Below, piece by piece: positions 22,609 through 34,809 of a DNA stretch of 64,000 bases. Under the pieces are notes generated by a model. That model saw only the letters and a program-made list of their open reading frames with translations, made no database searches and was not told where the DNA came from. The DNA comes from Octopus sinensis (Eukaryota), in NCBI RefSeq assembly GCF_006345805.1, contig NC_043003.1, positions 10,602,001-10,666,000 of the forward strand, in the 5' to 3' direction. The translations under genes and the position numbers were made by a program. How positions within the stretch are numbered: position 1 is the first letter of the stretch; the number at the start of each line of letters is the position of its first letter.

Positions 22609-23068
22609 TATTTACATTTGATGGATATTTGTCCTCATCTTGTTTCAACACGTTTCGGCTGATATACCCTCCAGCCTTCATGAGGTGTCTTGGGAAATTT
22701 CGAACCTGGGTTCTCATTCCTAAGGTATTTTTCAATGTTGTTGTTATTATTATTATTATTATATTATTAATATTATTGAGGTCACTGCGTGAAATTGAAC
22801 TCGGAATTTTGGGGTTAGTAGCCAGTGCTCTTAACCACTACGTCATATGCCCACAGGCATATGGCGTAATATAATAATAATAATAATAATAATAAATCGA
22901 AAAATACCTTAGGAATAAGAACCCAGGTTTTAAATTTCCCCAAGATACCTGATGAGGGCTGGAGGGTATATCAGCTGAAATGTTGTGTTAACAACAAACA
23001 AGATGAGGAGAAATATCCGTCAAATGTAAATAATATACATAATTCCTCATCTCTTAAATATAGAACTG
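22608..23068. mobile_element. tRNA-head/(AAT)n/hammerhead element, head-to-head inverted pair (locus A)
   Basis: Left arm on minus with tRNA-like head 22779-22852 and hammerhead ~22645-22690; right arm on plus with mostly deleted head and hammerhead 22944-22989; arms are reverse complements. Confidence 0.85.
22944..22989 (+). ncRNA. Minimal type I hammerhead ribozyme motif
   Basis: GATAC-CTGATGA-GGGCTG gagggtatat CAGCT-GAAA-TGTT-GTGTT: both catalytic boxes, stem II and stem I present; sister copies show GAAACGTT. Confidence 0.75.
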
Positions 23069-23521
23069 TATAAACAGATTCATTTTTTAGAAATGTTTCA
23101 TATAGTGAACATCTAGACATGTGCAAATGGAAAATTCAAAATGCTTCCTTTCTTCAAAATAAAGGTAGAAAAATTATCAAGAATGAAAGGCAAAAGAAGA
23201 ATACATTTCAAGAATTCTGAATCTGAAACTAAATCAGAAACAAGTGATCACTTCTGCTACTAAAAACAACTTTCTGTATATGGATTACCCCATTACACGG
23301 GTTTGAAAAACTGGACAATGAAAGCAAATCCTTGTTTTTGTATACATTCGCTGCTTTCTTCCAAGGAATCTAATGCTCTTGGCTTAGTTTTTCCTTGGGG
23401 CTGGCCAGATTGGAACAATTTTGAGTATAACCAGCCGAAATTGCAAAGATAATCTGGTACTTGACTGAGGAAAGAAAACTTCGAATGACCCATCCTTGTT
23501 TTCTTTGTATCGTCTATCTCG

Positions 23522-23679
23522 ATGTTTTGTTGTCCCATTTTTGTACCACCTAGCAGTCCAAATGTTTTGCATTCTTGTCCCATTTTTGTACCACCTAGCA
23601 ATCCAAATGTTTTGCATTCTTGTCCCATTTTTGTACCACCTAGCAATCCAAATGTTTTGCATTCTTGTCCCATTTTGTA
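23522..23679. repeat. 45-bp minisatellite, ~3.5 copies
   Basis: Unit AATGTTTTGCATTCTTGTCCCATTTTTGTACCACCTAGCAATCCA; gives the repeated MGQECKTFGLLGGTK ORF. Confidence 0.9.
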
Positions 23680-23680
23680 T

Positions 23681-23723
<43 letters not shown>

Positions 23724-23727
<4 letters not shown>

Positions 23728-24178
23728 GCAAGAAAAGAAAATGGAGGGGATACAAAAATGACATACATCAGTCGGTAGACATTCTATTATGTCTATTTTA
23801 ATTCTAAAACATGAGGAAGTATTATAAGAAAACATACACATGCAAAGACTGTGTGCTATACAAATATATACTAGTAATACATAAAAGATTAAAAGATTAA
23901 AAGATTAATTAGAACCCTAATTTAATCTATTAATCTTTTAATCTTTTAATCTTTTACTCTTTTAATCTTTTACTTTTTAATCTTTTACTCTTTTAATCTT
24001 TTACTTTTTAATCTTTTAATCTTATACTCTTTTAATCTTTTACTCTTTTATGTATTACTTGTACATATGTGTGTAACACATAGTCTTTGCATGTGTATGT
24101 AGTCTTACAATACTTCCTTATGTTTTACAATAAATAGACATCATTTTTGTATCCCCTCCAATTTCTTTTTTGCTGTAT
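23724..24178. repeat. Fold-back with ~150-180 bp arms and (TAAAAGAT)n/(ATCTTTTA)n centre
   Basis: GGAGGGGATACAAAAATGA...CATACACATGCAAAGACT...AGTAATACATAAAAGA mirrored by TCTTTTATGTATTACT...AGTCTTTGCATGTGTATG...TCATTTTTGTATCCCCTCC. Confidence 0.85.
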
Positions 24179-24349
24179 AAATTAAGGGTAAACCACTTTT
24201 TACCCCACTCGTATATGACACTCAATTGTGAAATTGCCACGCAATAACCAGCACTTGAGTATTAATAATTGGGTACTATAATTGGGTAGTATATTGGATA
24301 GGTACTATCCCTTAATCGGTTGACTTCTCAACCTCTAACTCTCATGAAA

Positions 24350-24433
<84 letters not shown>

Positions 24434-25204
24434 TAACAGGTTCTATGCAGCTTGGAAGCACCAAACTTCACTCATATGGCATTAATTAACCTAAACTTAC
24501 ATAAGAAAACACTTGCTTTAGGCTAGTGTCTTGAAAAATTACCAAACCTGGAATTACACATTGCAAAACCAATTTTCTTAACCAACCAATCATGCCTACA
24601 TCCTTCGTACGCATAGCAATTTTTTTTTCCTGTTTTACGTTGTGGTGTATATTTTGATATTAATATAGCATCAGGTTGTTGTAATAAATGTTCCTGAAGG
24701 AGGCGTATTTTACAAGAATGTCATGTGATTCTGCAGTGTTTTATTGCAGCTGTCATGAACGCTGGCATAATCAATTCTGAAGACAATGGCAAAATATATC
24801 AAGAACTTGTATCCCTCTTATATAATATTACTAAACATGGAAATTTGGTAAATTTTTTTGTGTCTTCTCTTTTAGCATTTTTGTTGAAGTTTTTATCTGT
24901 ATTACTTGCTTTCCTAAACAATATGTTATATGTTCAATGCAGCAATTATCATTCGAAAAATACAAAATCACCATCATCATTTATTGTCCATGTTCCATGG
25001 TGGCTAGCATGGGATGTCTGGTTTGACCAGATCCGATGTGCCAAAATATGGATCATACTCCAGTGTCTATTTGGCATGGTTTCTTCAGCTGGATACCCTT
25101 TCTAATGCCATCCACTTTATATCATGTACTGGGTGCTTTTTTTGTGTGCCATCAGCTCTTGCAAGGTCACCATGGAGCTTGTAAGTCAATGAGCCACAAG
25201 GAGG

Positions 25205-25423
25205 GCCTTTAGTATTTAAATTGGCTGTATCTGGTTGAAATATTCCACCTGTTTTGTGTTCAAACCAGCCAGATCAGACCTCTCATAACTACCCTACAAT
25301 GTCAATCTAAAAATAGACAACCACATTATATTAATCCCGAAGCTAAAAGATAAACCATGATTAATTCAAAACAATGAGGATAAATAAGCATTATGTTTGA
25401 CAGAATAATCTGAAAGTTAAAGG
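25205..25423. mobile_element. Degenerate piggyBac-like MITE
   Basis: Ends CCTTTAGTATTTAAA and TCTGAAAGTTAAAGGG (CCC..GGG-type TIR); related end TCTGAATGCTGAAGGATTAA at ~38621-38640; TTAA TSD not retained here. Confidence 0.45.
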
Positions 25424-25519
25424 GACAACACAAACATTTGACCACAATAAATATATCACTTCTGCAGGATGTTCAGCAAGAAATTTTAGATCCCTTATCT
25501 CAACATCATGATGATGATG

Positions 25520-25975
25520 ATCATCATCATTAGCATGGGTTGGACGATTTAACTGAGGTCTGGCAAACCAGATGGCTGCATCATGCTCCTTTCTGATCTG
25601 GCAGAGTTTCTACAGCTGGATGCCCTTCCTAATGCCAACCACTCAGAGAGTGTAGTGGGTGCTTTTACGTGCCACCGGCACGATGGTCAGTCAGGCGGTA
25701 CTGGCAACAGCCACGCTCAAATAGTGCTTTTTATGTGCCACCTGTACAGGAGCCAGTCCAGCGACACTGGCAACGGCCTCGCTCAAACGTTTTTTCACGT
25801 GCCTCCAGCACAAGTGTCAGTAAGGTGATGCAGGAAACGATCACACTCGAATGGTGCTTTTTACATGCCACCGGAACGGAAGCCAGTTTGTTGCTCTGGC
25901 AACGGTAAGGCTTGGACGATACTCTTAGCACTCCACTAGCACGGATTCCAGTCATCGAATTTGATTTCGATTTTC
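25520..25975 (-). mobile_element. Short 3'-end copy of the 17.9-kb RTE family
   Basis: Reverse complement of the 19320-19700 UTR (GGATGCCCTTCCTAATGCCAACCACTC..TTTTACGTGCCACCGGCAC) ending in (CAT)n. Confidence 0.85.
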
Positions 25976-26391
25976 AATGCAGTCTACAAATGGTGAGTCC
26001 ACAAACATGTGATCTGAAATAAATATGACTGCTATTTCTAACAGAGTAATCACATAGAGACCACCTCAGAGGTTTGATACGAGCAGGAGTTTTTGATCTA
26101 ACCACCTCACCATTGTCTTTTGTTCAGTTCCAAACAAAGATAATGGCAGCATTCATAATTATTTGCAATGAAACCTCATAATAATTGAATAATAATCTTC
26201 AAAAAATACATCATCTTCAAAACTATGCAGAATAATTCTATGAATAAGAAATTTCGGTAGCAGCAGAATAATTCTTGCATCCATTGTTTATCCTGCCCTG
26301 ATAAGAGGAATTCTTCAGAAAAAGAACTTCCTTGTATGCAACTGATAAGTGTAAAATACACACACACACACACACACACACATAAAGTCAT

Positions 26392-27200
26392 TGGCATGGT
26401 TGTGTGATTCAGAAGTTTGCTTCCCAACCACGTGGTCTTGGGTTCGAGTTCCACCACGAGGCACCTTGGACAAGTGTCTTCTAATATAGATCCAGACTGA
26501 CCAATACTTTCTGAATGGTACATGGAAATTGAAGGAAGCCTGTTGTATGTGTGTATGTGCATGTGTGTGTGTACGTGTGTATGTATATACATGCATATAC
26601 ACAAACACATATAGCATGTGTGTGTATGTATATATACGTGTGTATATACATGTCTATACACACACGTATAGTGTGTGTGTGCATGTATATATATGTGTGT
26701 ATATACATGTATATACACACATATAGTGTGTGTGTGTATACGTATGTATATACATGTACATACACACACACATATAGTGTGTGTGTATGTACATATCTGT
26801 GTGTATATACATGTATATATACACACACATATAGCGCATGTGTGTATATGTGTATATATATATATGCGTATATACAAGTGTATACACACACATATATATA
26901 CGGTGTGTGTGTGAGTGTGTGTGTATTTGTGATTGGGAGTGTGTGAGTGTTTGTGTCTCCTTCTTTTGACATCACATGATAGTTGAACATGAATGCCATT
27001 CATTTCCAGTCGTCTGCAGAATCATGTCCAGCCATAATGAAAATGTTAGGTTACCTGCAAACAGGTATGGGTCGGGTGACAGGAAGAGCATCAGGGCACC
27101 CAGCCGTAGTAAAAATTTGCTTCAAGAAACTCCATTCTGAGCCTTACAAACACAGAAAAGTGGACATTAAAATGATGATGATGATGATGACGACGATGAC
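26392..27200 (+). mobile_element. Family 1 head/core SINE with expanded microsatellite and RTE-type tail
   Basis: GGCATGGTTGTGTG..GGTTCGAGT..CACCTTGGACAAGTGTCTTCT head, ~400 bp TG/TA repeat, then GACAGGAAGAGCATC..CCAGCCGTAG..GAAAAGTGGACATTAAAAT(GAT)n; same tail at ~31990-32210 (-) and ~44050-44315 (+). Confidence 0.65.
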
Positions 27201-27225
27201 GATGCGGATGAAGATACTACAAAAT

Positions 27226-27293
27226 CATAAGTCTAGTTGTTAGGATTCTTGGCTTTCACCCAGGCAGTCCAGGTTCAATTCTTGGCATGGGAA
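27226..27293 (+). pseudogene. tRNA-Glu(TTC) pseudogene, 5' end eroded
   Basis: GTCTAGTTGTTAGGATTCTTGGCTTTCACCCAGGCAGTCCAGGTTCAATTCTTGGCATGGGAA aligns to metazoan tRNA-Glu GTCTAGCGGTTAGGATTCCTGGTTTTCACCCAGGCGGCCCGGGTTCGACTCCCGGTATGGGAA. Confidence 0.8.
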
Positions 27294-27938
27294 CGTTAAT
27301 TTTTAAAAGGTGGTGCCCCAGCATGGGTGCAGTCACATGACTGAAACAAGTAAAAGAATAAAAGAATAACAGAACAGCATTGTGATTTTTCACTCTTGTA
27401 AGCTGGTCATGTGATTAGCTCTGCTCCTTCTTTCTTATATATGCATCAGATTATCAATACAAGTCTTCTTCGTTTCTCTCTCTCTCTCCATATCTCTCTA
27501 TCACTCTCTCTCCCTACATATATATATATATATATCTTTCTCCTTTCTCTTTCTATAAGTAATAGCATTTCTCCACTAACCCATTCTCTCTCTCTCAGTT
27601 CTACTTCTTATTCATCTCTCTAGCTGCATCACACATCCATTTTTCATATTCCCCACCCTGCGTCACCTTCCTCTTTTCTGGCTTTTAGACATGAACACAC
27701 ATATATATATATATACCAGACACACATGTCCAACTCCATAGAGTGTGCATGTGTGAGTGTGTGTGAAGCATACAAATACAACAGATATGTGTACATACAT
27801 ATATGCATACATATATGCATATATATATGCATATATGTATGTCCACATACAAACACATATTTGCTCACATGTATGTTTAAATATATACATTTATGCACAA
27901 CCATTTATATATACAGAAAGAGAGAGAAGGAAAGGGAT

Positions 27939-27980
<42 letters not shown>

Positions 27981-28005
27981 TGGATGGATGTACGGATAGA
28001 TAGAT

Positions 28006-28040
<35 letters not shown>

Positions 28041-28679
28041 TAGGTAGATAGATAGACAAGCAGACAGACAGACAGACACATGGATAGATATGCATACATT
28101 AAACACAAACATATATATAAATACACCCCCCAACAAAACACACACACACACACACACAAATACACACAAACCCACACACACACATACGTGTCCATAAGTG
28201 CATCTGCACATGTGAGCCTACATGGTTGAATGGCTACATGATTACATCACACTCGCTGATTACTCGCCATTAAAAACCGACATAAAGTTTGCCACTGTTA
28301 TAAAACTTTGATGTTAAACCATTTATTACTTACGAGATCCTCCGCATTTCCACCAATCTAAACATCCACAATGTTATGATCAATAATTGTTAAACACTAA
28401 CCATGAATGCTGTGATATCAACAATGAAGGCTTTGATCCTGACTTATTAAAGGCCCCACCGACTGTTTATCTCAGCAGATTTGCAAGAAATATTCATGAT
28501 AGCCAAGGATGTATACATAAAATTATGCGGGCATATATGTAAGTATGTGTGTATGTATATCTATGTATATTTATGTACATGTGATATGTGTGTGTGTGTG
28601 TGTGTGTACATAAATACATGTTATCTTTCTCACTCTCTCTCTATATGACACACACACATCCACACACATATATTTATAA

Positions 28680-28750
<71 letters not shown>

Positions 28751-28854
28751 ATATGCATACATAGACATATATACATGCATAAACAATACATAAATACACA
28801 CAAAAATATACATGCGAGTGGGTGTGTATGCCTGCATATATACATATACATCAT

Positions 28855-28899
<45 letters not shown>

Positions 28900-28921
28900 C
28901 ATATATGTATATGTATATAAG

Positions 28922-28952
<31 letters not shown>

Positions 28953-29829
28953 TATACACACACACACTCATTCACACGTATCTATATATCATTATCACTG
29001 TAGCACTTCCCTCATCTACACAAGTATATGTCAGGAAATCGTTTGTTAGTTTCTCTTTTGCTTTTTAGCAAATATTTCTTTTCAACAGCTGGACGCTCCA
29101 CCGACTCTGAAACACCACAGCTAAGTGAAGTAGGAGTGGACTCTAATTCTGCTCAGTGACGCAAACTAAATCAAACAGATTAATAATATGTCTTGCTCAA
29201 AAGCCACAACAATTGCAGTTTTATGTCTTCAACCTATAACAATATGATTTGTGCAACAGCATCTTAACCTTCTAGCCGTTCCTTATGTGCATCTATGTGC
29301 AAATGTCTGTCTATCTATGGATGCGGAAGAATATGTACATGCATATATGTAAATGTGTCTATTTAAGTTCTGCCAACAGCAGAAAAGTAGAGAAAAATTA
29401 AGGGTGAATTGTTAACCAATTTAATGTTGGCATTTAATATTTTATGTTTGCGGTTATGTGAATGACTTGGGTATTGGCTTTACTGCCTTTCTTCTTTTGT
29501 CAATATTCAGGTTACATATAATGTTGTAGCACTGACAAGAAACAGGTCTGAAGATATTCCAAATGGGGAAATAACATAGCATTAAGCTGAACGCTTGCGT
29601 TAAATCGTTTCATGGAAGTTTGTCTAAAGATATATATATATAGAGAGAGGAGGGAGAAAGATAGGGAGAGAGGGAGAGATAGGGAGAGAGAGAAGAGAGG
29701 GGGAGAGAGGGGGAGAGAGGGGGAGAGAGGGGGAGAGAGAGAGAAAGAGAGAGGAGAGAGAGAGAAAGAGAGAGGAGAGAGAGAATGATAAAGAGAAAGA
29801 GAGAGAGAGATAGACAGACAGACATACAA

Positions 29830-29902
<73 letters not shown>

Positions 29903-29934
29903 CAGACAGATAGATAGATAGATAGATAGCTTCA

Positions 29935-30358
29935 GACATGGCTGCATGGTTAAATAGCTCAGTTTGCAACCACGTGGTTACAGGTTCAGTCCCACTGCAT
30001 GGCAACTTGGACAAGTATTTTCTACTATAGCCCTGAGCAGAACAATTTCTTGTGAGAGGATTTAGCAATTGAAGAATGTTCTGAAGAATACCTTGTGCAT
30101 GTGTGTGTGTGTGTGTCTTTGTGTTTGTCCCCCACCACCACTTAACTGGTGTTCATATGTTAATGTCCCTGTAACTTAGTGGTTCAGCAAGACACACTGA
30201 TAGAAGTCCCAGGCTTTAAAAAACAACAACAACAACAACAATAATAATAATAATAATAATAATAAATACTGGGATCAATTTGTTCCACCAAAATTCTTCA
30301 AAGTGTTGCCCCAGCATGGCCACAGTCTAATGACTGAAACAAGTAAAATACAAAAGAC
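29935..30358 (+). mobile_element. Older family 1 SINE
   Basis: Head GGCTGCATGGTTAA..GGTTCAGTCCCACTGC, tail CCCAGCATGGCCACAGTCTAATGACTGAAACAAGTAAAA. Confidence 0.85.
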
Positions 30359-30418
30359 ACAAGAGCAACATAAGGTTCCAATATATTTCACCCCAAATAA
30401 AGAATTATCATCCAACTA

Positions 30419-31695
30419 TTGGATCATCCCAGAAATAATGTGGTTTTTTTATACTTCTTTTATTTTTCAAAATTAAGATAAAGTTCTTTTTTAATCTAAA
30501 ATATACTCTCCTTCATTTTCTACAATGCTCTTCCATCTATCTGGTAAACTTGCAAAGCCCTTCTTCCAAAATTCACTTGCCATGATGAAAATTATCCTCC
30601 AGTACTGTTTTGACCTCGTCTACAGAATTCCTATATTTTCTGTCCAAATGATTTTGAAGACTGCGGGATAAATGATGATAATATGGGGCAATGTCTGGCA
30701 ACTGTGGTGAGTGAGGCATCATTTTCCATTATTACTACTCCAGCTGGTGGGATGTCATCTTCACTGTATGTGGCCAAACATTATCCAGATGGAAGAACAG
30801 CTTTTGTCTTGAAACCAAAGATGGTCATTTTTCTTCTAGCATTGACTTAAGCCACTCAAGCTGCTCACAGTAAATCTCCTTTGTTATTCTTTGGTTTGGG
30901 CTCAAAAGTTCAAAGTGGACTAAACCTTTCATATTCCACCAAACAGATAACAATACCTTACATAGGTGAAGACTTTCTTTAGCCTGGGGTGCCAGTATTT
31001 CTCTTTTCCCCACCCACTGTCTTTGGTGCTTGACATTTTTATAGAGAACCCATTTCTCATCACCAGTCACTATTCGGTCCAAAAAAGGTTCATTCATGAG
31101 ACGTGACAGCAAAAAAGAGCACACATTCACTCTCTGTGCACAATTAGACTCAGAAAGTTTATGAGAAACCCACTGACCCAATTTGCTGGCTTTTCCGATA
31201 GCATGCAGGTGTCAATAAATGGTTGAATGACCAAATCCAAGCTTCTCTGCCAGCTCCTCAACAGTCACGATGGGATTTTATTCTACCAAGGTTTGCAGGA
31301 CATCCTTGTTGAGTTCTACAAATCTTCCAGGACAAGGCTCATCTTTTAGGCTGTAGTTTCTGGCTCACAATTTCTGGAACCACCATTGACACTGGCTTAC
31401 ACTTATCGTTTAATCCCCTATATACTGCATTAATATTCCTTGCACTTACCATTGCGTTGTTGCCTTTATTGAACTCATAAAGTAAAAATTATGCTCCTTT
31501 GTCACTTCCATTATAGCTTTGAAAAAATAACTGCTAAAATCGAACTGCACTCTTCAAAATTTGCACCAAGAACTAAAAAGAAGATAAAGTTACTACCTGC
31601 TTTTATAGCAAGTTGATGCAGGTAGTTTATTCCGACCCCCTCCGACTTTTAGTTCATGCAATTGAAAAAACCACATTATTTAGGGGATGGCAGAA
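30419..31695 (-). mobile_element. Full-length decayed mariner transposon (~1.28 kb)
   Basis: Imperfect TIRs TTGGATCATCCCAGAAATAATGTGGTTTTTT and AAAAAACCACATTATTTAGGGGATGGCAGAA, TA on both sides. Confidence 0.9.
30491..31511 (-). pseudogene. Mariner transposase pseudogene
   Basis: Starts MEVTKEH, contains WVSHKL (WVPHEL), FLDRIVTGDEKWVLY, KVLLSVWW, FHLDNVWPH, decayed YSPDLAP, ends GEYILD-stop; frameshifts and stops. Confidence 0.9.
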
Positions 31696-32374
31696 TATAT
31701 AGCTAAACTGAAACCATGTAGTTTTCATAGACATGATAATAGTTGTTTAAGAGCGGAGAAATTCATGGAGAATATCTGTGATGCCATGAAACTAAAACTG
31801 TTGCTGTTAGCCAACATCTCATGTTAAAGTAGAAAAAAAACAGTGTAGACGCATGATCTTGTTGAAGATGAAAGATGCATGGAAGAGGAAAACAACCGTT
31901 ACTTATAATGAAAATAATATCAATCTAATTAGGCAATCTTGAGTTAATGATTCATCTTCATCATCAAGAGCATTATTTAAAAACCACTTTTCACATGCTT
32001 GAATAACTCAAATGGAATTTGTTAAGGCTGAGTTTTACTGGCTGGGTACCCTTCCTGTCATCAACCTTTACTGCTTTCCAAGCAGGACGATATTTCCTCA
32101 TAGCCTCAGATGATACGCTTTCTATCAAGGAAGACTGGAAACAAACCACTTCGTTTGTATGATGGGGATACTTATTTACAACCATCATGTGATGTCATGA
32201 CAATGATACACACAGATGTGCTTGCACATATGCACACACACACAAACATGCTTGCACACACACACACACACACACACACATGATGTATATGTCATTCCAA
32301 AATGTAACTACATGTGGATTGCTGGCGATTTTTTTCCTCTGTCTTCTTTTTCTCTTTGACTTTCCTCTCTCTCC

Positions 32375-32411
32375 TGTTTCTGAAGAAGAGCTTTGCTTGA
32401 AATGTAAAACA
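32375..32411 (+). ncRNA. Minimal type I hammerhead motif in a short PLE-like repeat (~32300-32505)
   Basis: TGTTT-CTGAAGA-AGAGC ttt GCTT-GAAA-T-GTA-AAACA: stem I TGTTT/AAACA, GUA cleavage triplet; related decayed copy CTGCTGAAGAGCATAGGTTCGAAAC at ~39557-39581. Confidence 0.65.
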
Positions 32412-32505
32412 CCCTTTCTTTCCTTCCCTGAACATTTTCTTAATATTTTGTCTATACCACATCGTCATGCTATTGTTTTTTCTTGTATATTTTCCTCCGT
32501 TTCCT

Positions 32506-32810
32506 CAGGCAGTACTGGCAACGGCCACACTCAAATGGTGACTTTTACATGCCACCTGCACAGGAGCCAGTCCAGTGGCACTGGCAATGACCTCGCTTGA
32601 ATGCTTTCTTTTTTCAAATGTTACTGGCCCTCGTGCCAATGGAGCATAAAAACACCCACTACACTCACGGAGTGGTTGGCATTAGGAAAGGCATCTAGCT
32701 GTAGAAACTCTGCCAGATCAAGATTGGAGCCTGGTGCAGCCATCTGGTTCACCAGTCCTCAGTCAAATCGTCCAACCCATGGAAAGCAGATGTTAAACGA
32801 TGATGATGAT
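32506..32810. mobile_element. RTE 3'-end copy with inverted 5' segment
   Basis: ~32506-32610 matches the RTE UTR in minus orientation, ~32623-32810 in plus orientation ending (GAT)n then TA/CA repeat. Confidence 0.7.
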
Positions 32811-33364
32811 ATATATATGTGCACACACACACACACACACGTGTATATATTTCCTTTCAGCTTCCATCCAAATCTACACACAAGATATTGATTGACCTGG
32901 GGCTATAGTTGAAGACACTTGCCCAAGGTGCCACAAAGTGGGACTGAACCCAAGACCACATGTTATTAAAACAAACAGACAGACATACACACACACACAT
33001 ATACACATATAAACATAAATCACAAACAAGACGTTCATTAATTCATTTGAAATCTGGTTCAAGCTACGTTTATAAATTGCCAAGTTAAAATACTTTATAT
33101 TAAGATTTTCAACCAACCATGATATAAAACACTGCAACACAAGCTGGGAAGCAAATGCCAATTCATGTACAGGAAGGGTACAAGCTGTTGAACATTTGTT
33201 ATAATTGGAAATCATAAAGAAAGTTCATGTGATCATTGCCATTGGTTGTTATACGAAAAGAAGGTGGTTACATTTGTGCATGCATGCATGTGTGATTTGG
33301 TCATTCAACTGCAGCCATACTGAAGCACTGCTCCTTATTTTTTTAAGCTTGGTATTATATTCCA

Positions 33365-33720
33365 TTGTGGAAATTGTAGTTAAGACACCTGTGCCGGTGA
33401 CACGTAAAAAGCACCATCCGAACATGGCAGATGCCAGCGCCGCCTGACTGGCATCCCTGTCGGTGACACGTAAAAAGCACCAACCAATCGTGGCCGTTTG
33501 CCAGCCTCTTCTGGCCCCTGTGCCGGTGGCACGTAAAAAAACACCCACTACACTCACGGAGTGGTTGGCATTAGGAAGGGCATCTAGCTGTAGAAACACT
33601 ACCAAACCAGACTGGATCCTGGTGCAGCCTCCATGGCTTTCCAGACTCCGGTCGAACCGTCCAACCCACGCTAGCATGGAAAACGGACGTTAAATGATGA
33701 TGATGATGATGATGATGATG
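33365..33720 (+). mobile_element. Short 3'-end copy of the RTE family
   Basis: Three GTGCCGGTGRCACGTAAAAA modules, GAGTGGTTGGCATTAGGAAGGGCATC, (GAT)n tail. Confidence 0.9.
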
Positions 33721-34503
33721 TTTCTTTTTGCTGAGCTACTAAATTCCAGAAACGAAAAGACACCAACATCAATTGTTAAGCAGTGAGGGGGGGGGACAAA
33801 TCGAACACACACATACATATCTATGATGATGATTAGTTGATTAATCATCAAGTCAATGTTCACTTGTTTATTTGGTAGCCTGATGAGTTGGGAGTTACAT
33901 AACATATTATGCAATCTAACCAATTGTATTATGTTTATGTCACAATAAAGATTCCCAGTGAAACAATTGTAGCAATACCAGATAATCCATTTGCTTGTTT
34001 CTATTATATATATGATCATCATCATTTAAAGTCCATTGTCCATGCTGGCATGGGTTGGACGGTGTGACTGGAGCTGGTGCATCCTCTAGACTCCTGCCTA
34101 TTTTGGCATGGTTTCTATGGATGGATGCCCTTCCTAACACCAACCACTTTACAGATTGTACTGGGTGCTTTTACAGGTGTTTTTATGTGACTTCGTATGG
34201 GTGCTTTTACATGTCACCACAACGGCACTTTTACGTCACTGCACAGGCACTAGAGTGGGCTTCTTTCAGTTTCTGTCTAGCAAATCCATTTATAGGGCTT
34301 CAGTTGGCTGGGGGCTATAGTAAAAGACATATTCCCAAAATACCATGCTACAAGACTGAACCAAATGCAACATTGTTGGAAAAGATTTTTCATCATACAA
34401 CCATAACTGCACCAATACAAAAGAAATATGGCTTTCCAAAGAAGTTAAGGTCCAATACCTAATGCTGATTGGAACTTAAAATGGGATTACATTAATAGAA
34501 TTA

Positions 34504-34809
34504 GTGGAGGTACAGGGCTTAGTGGTTAGAGCAGCAGGCTTTTGGTCAAGGGTTCACGGGTTCGAATCTCAGACCAGGCAATGTGTGTGTTTATGAGCAA
34601 AACACCTAAGCTCCACATGGTTCCTGCAAAGGGTAATGGCAAACTTCTGCTGACTCTTTCACCACAACTTTCTCTCCCTCTTTCCTCCTGCATCTAGCAG
34701 CTCACCTGCAACGACCGGCATCCCATCAAGGTGGGGAACCTTTACTCTAATGAAACCAGGAAACCGGCCCTTATGAGCCAGGGATGGCTCAAGAAGGAAC
34801 AAACAACAA
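34504..34809 (+). mobile_element. SINE with family 3 head and V-domain-like 3' half
   Basis: Head GTGGAGGTACAGGGCTTAGTGGTTAGAGC..GGGTTCGAATCTCAGACC and body AAAACACCTAAGCTCCAC as at 8762-9117, but continuing CCTGCAACGACCGGCATCCCATCAAGG..GAAACCAGGAAACCGGCCCTTATGAGCC. Confidence 0.7.

Noticed and set aside
22190-22621. 143-aa ORF as a host zinc-finger gene
   Set aside because: Finger ligands are mutated and split across frames; context is a decayed LINE
23293-23520. Weak resemblance to the gypsy RT connection region (AGYTQNCSNLASP on minus)
   Set aside because: Too short and degenerate; no LTR or other pol motifs nearby
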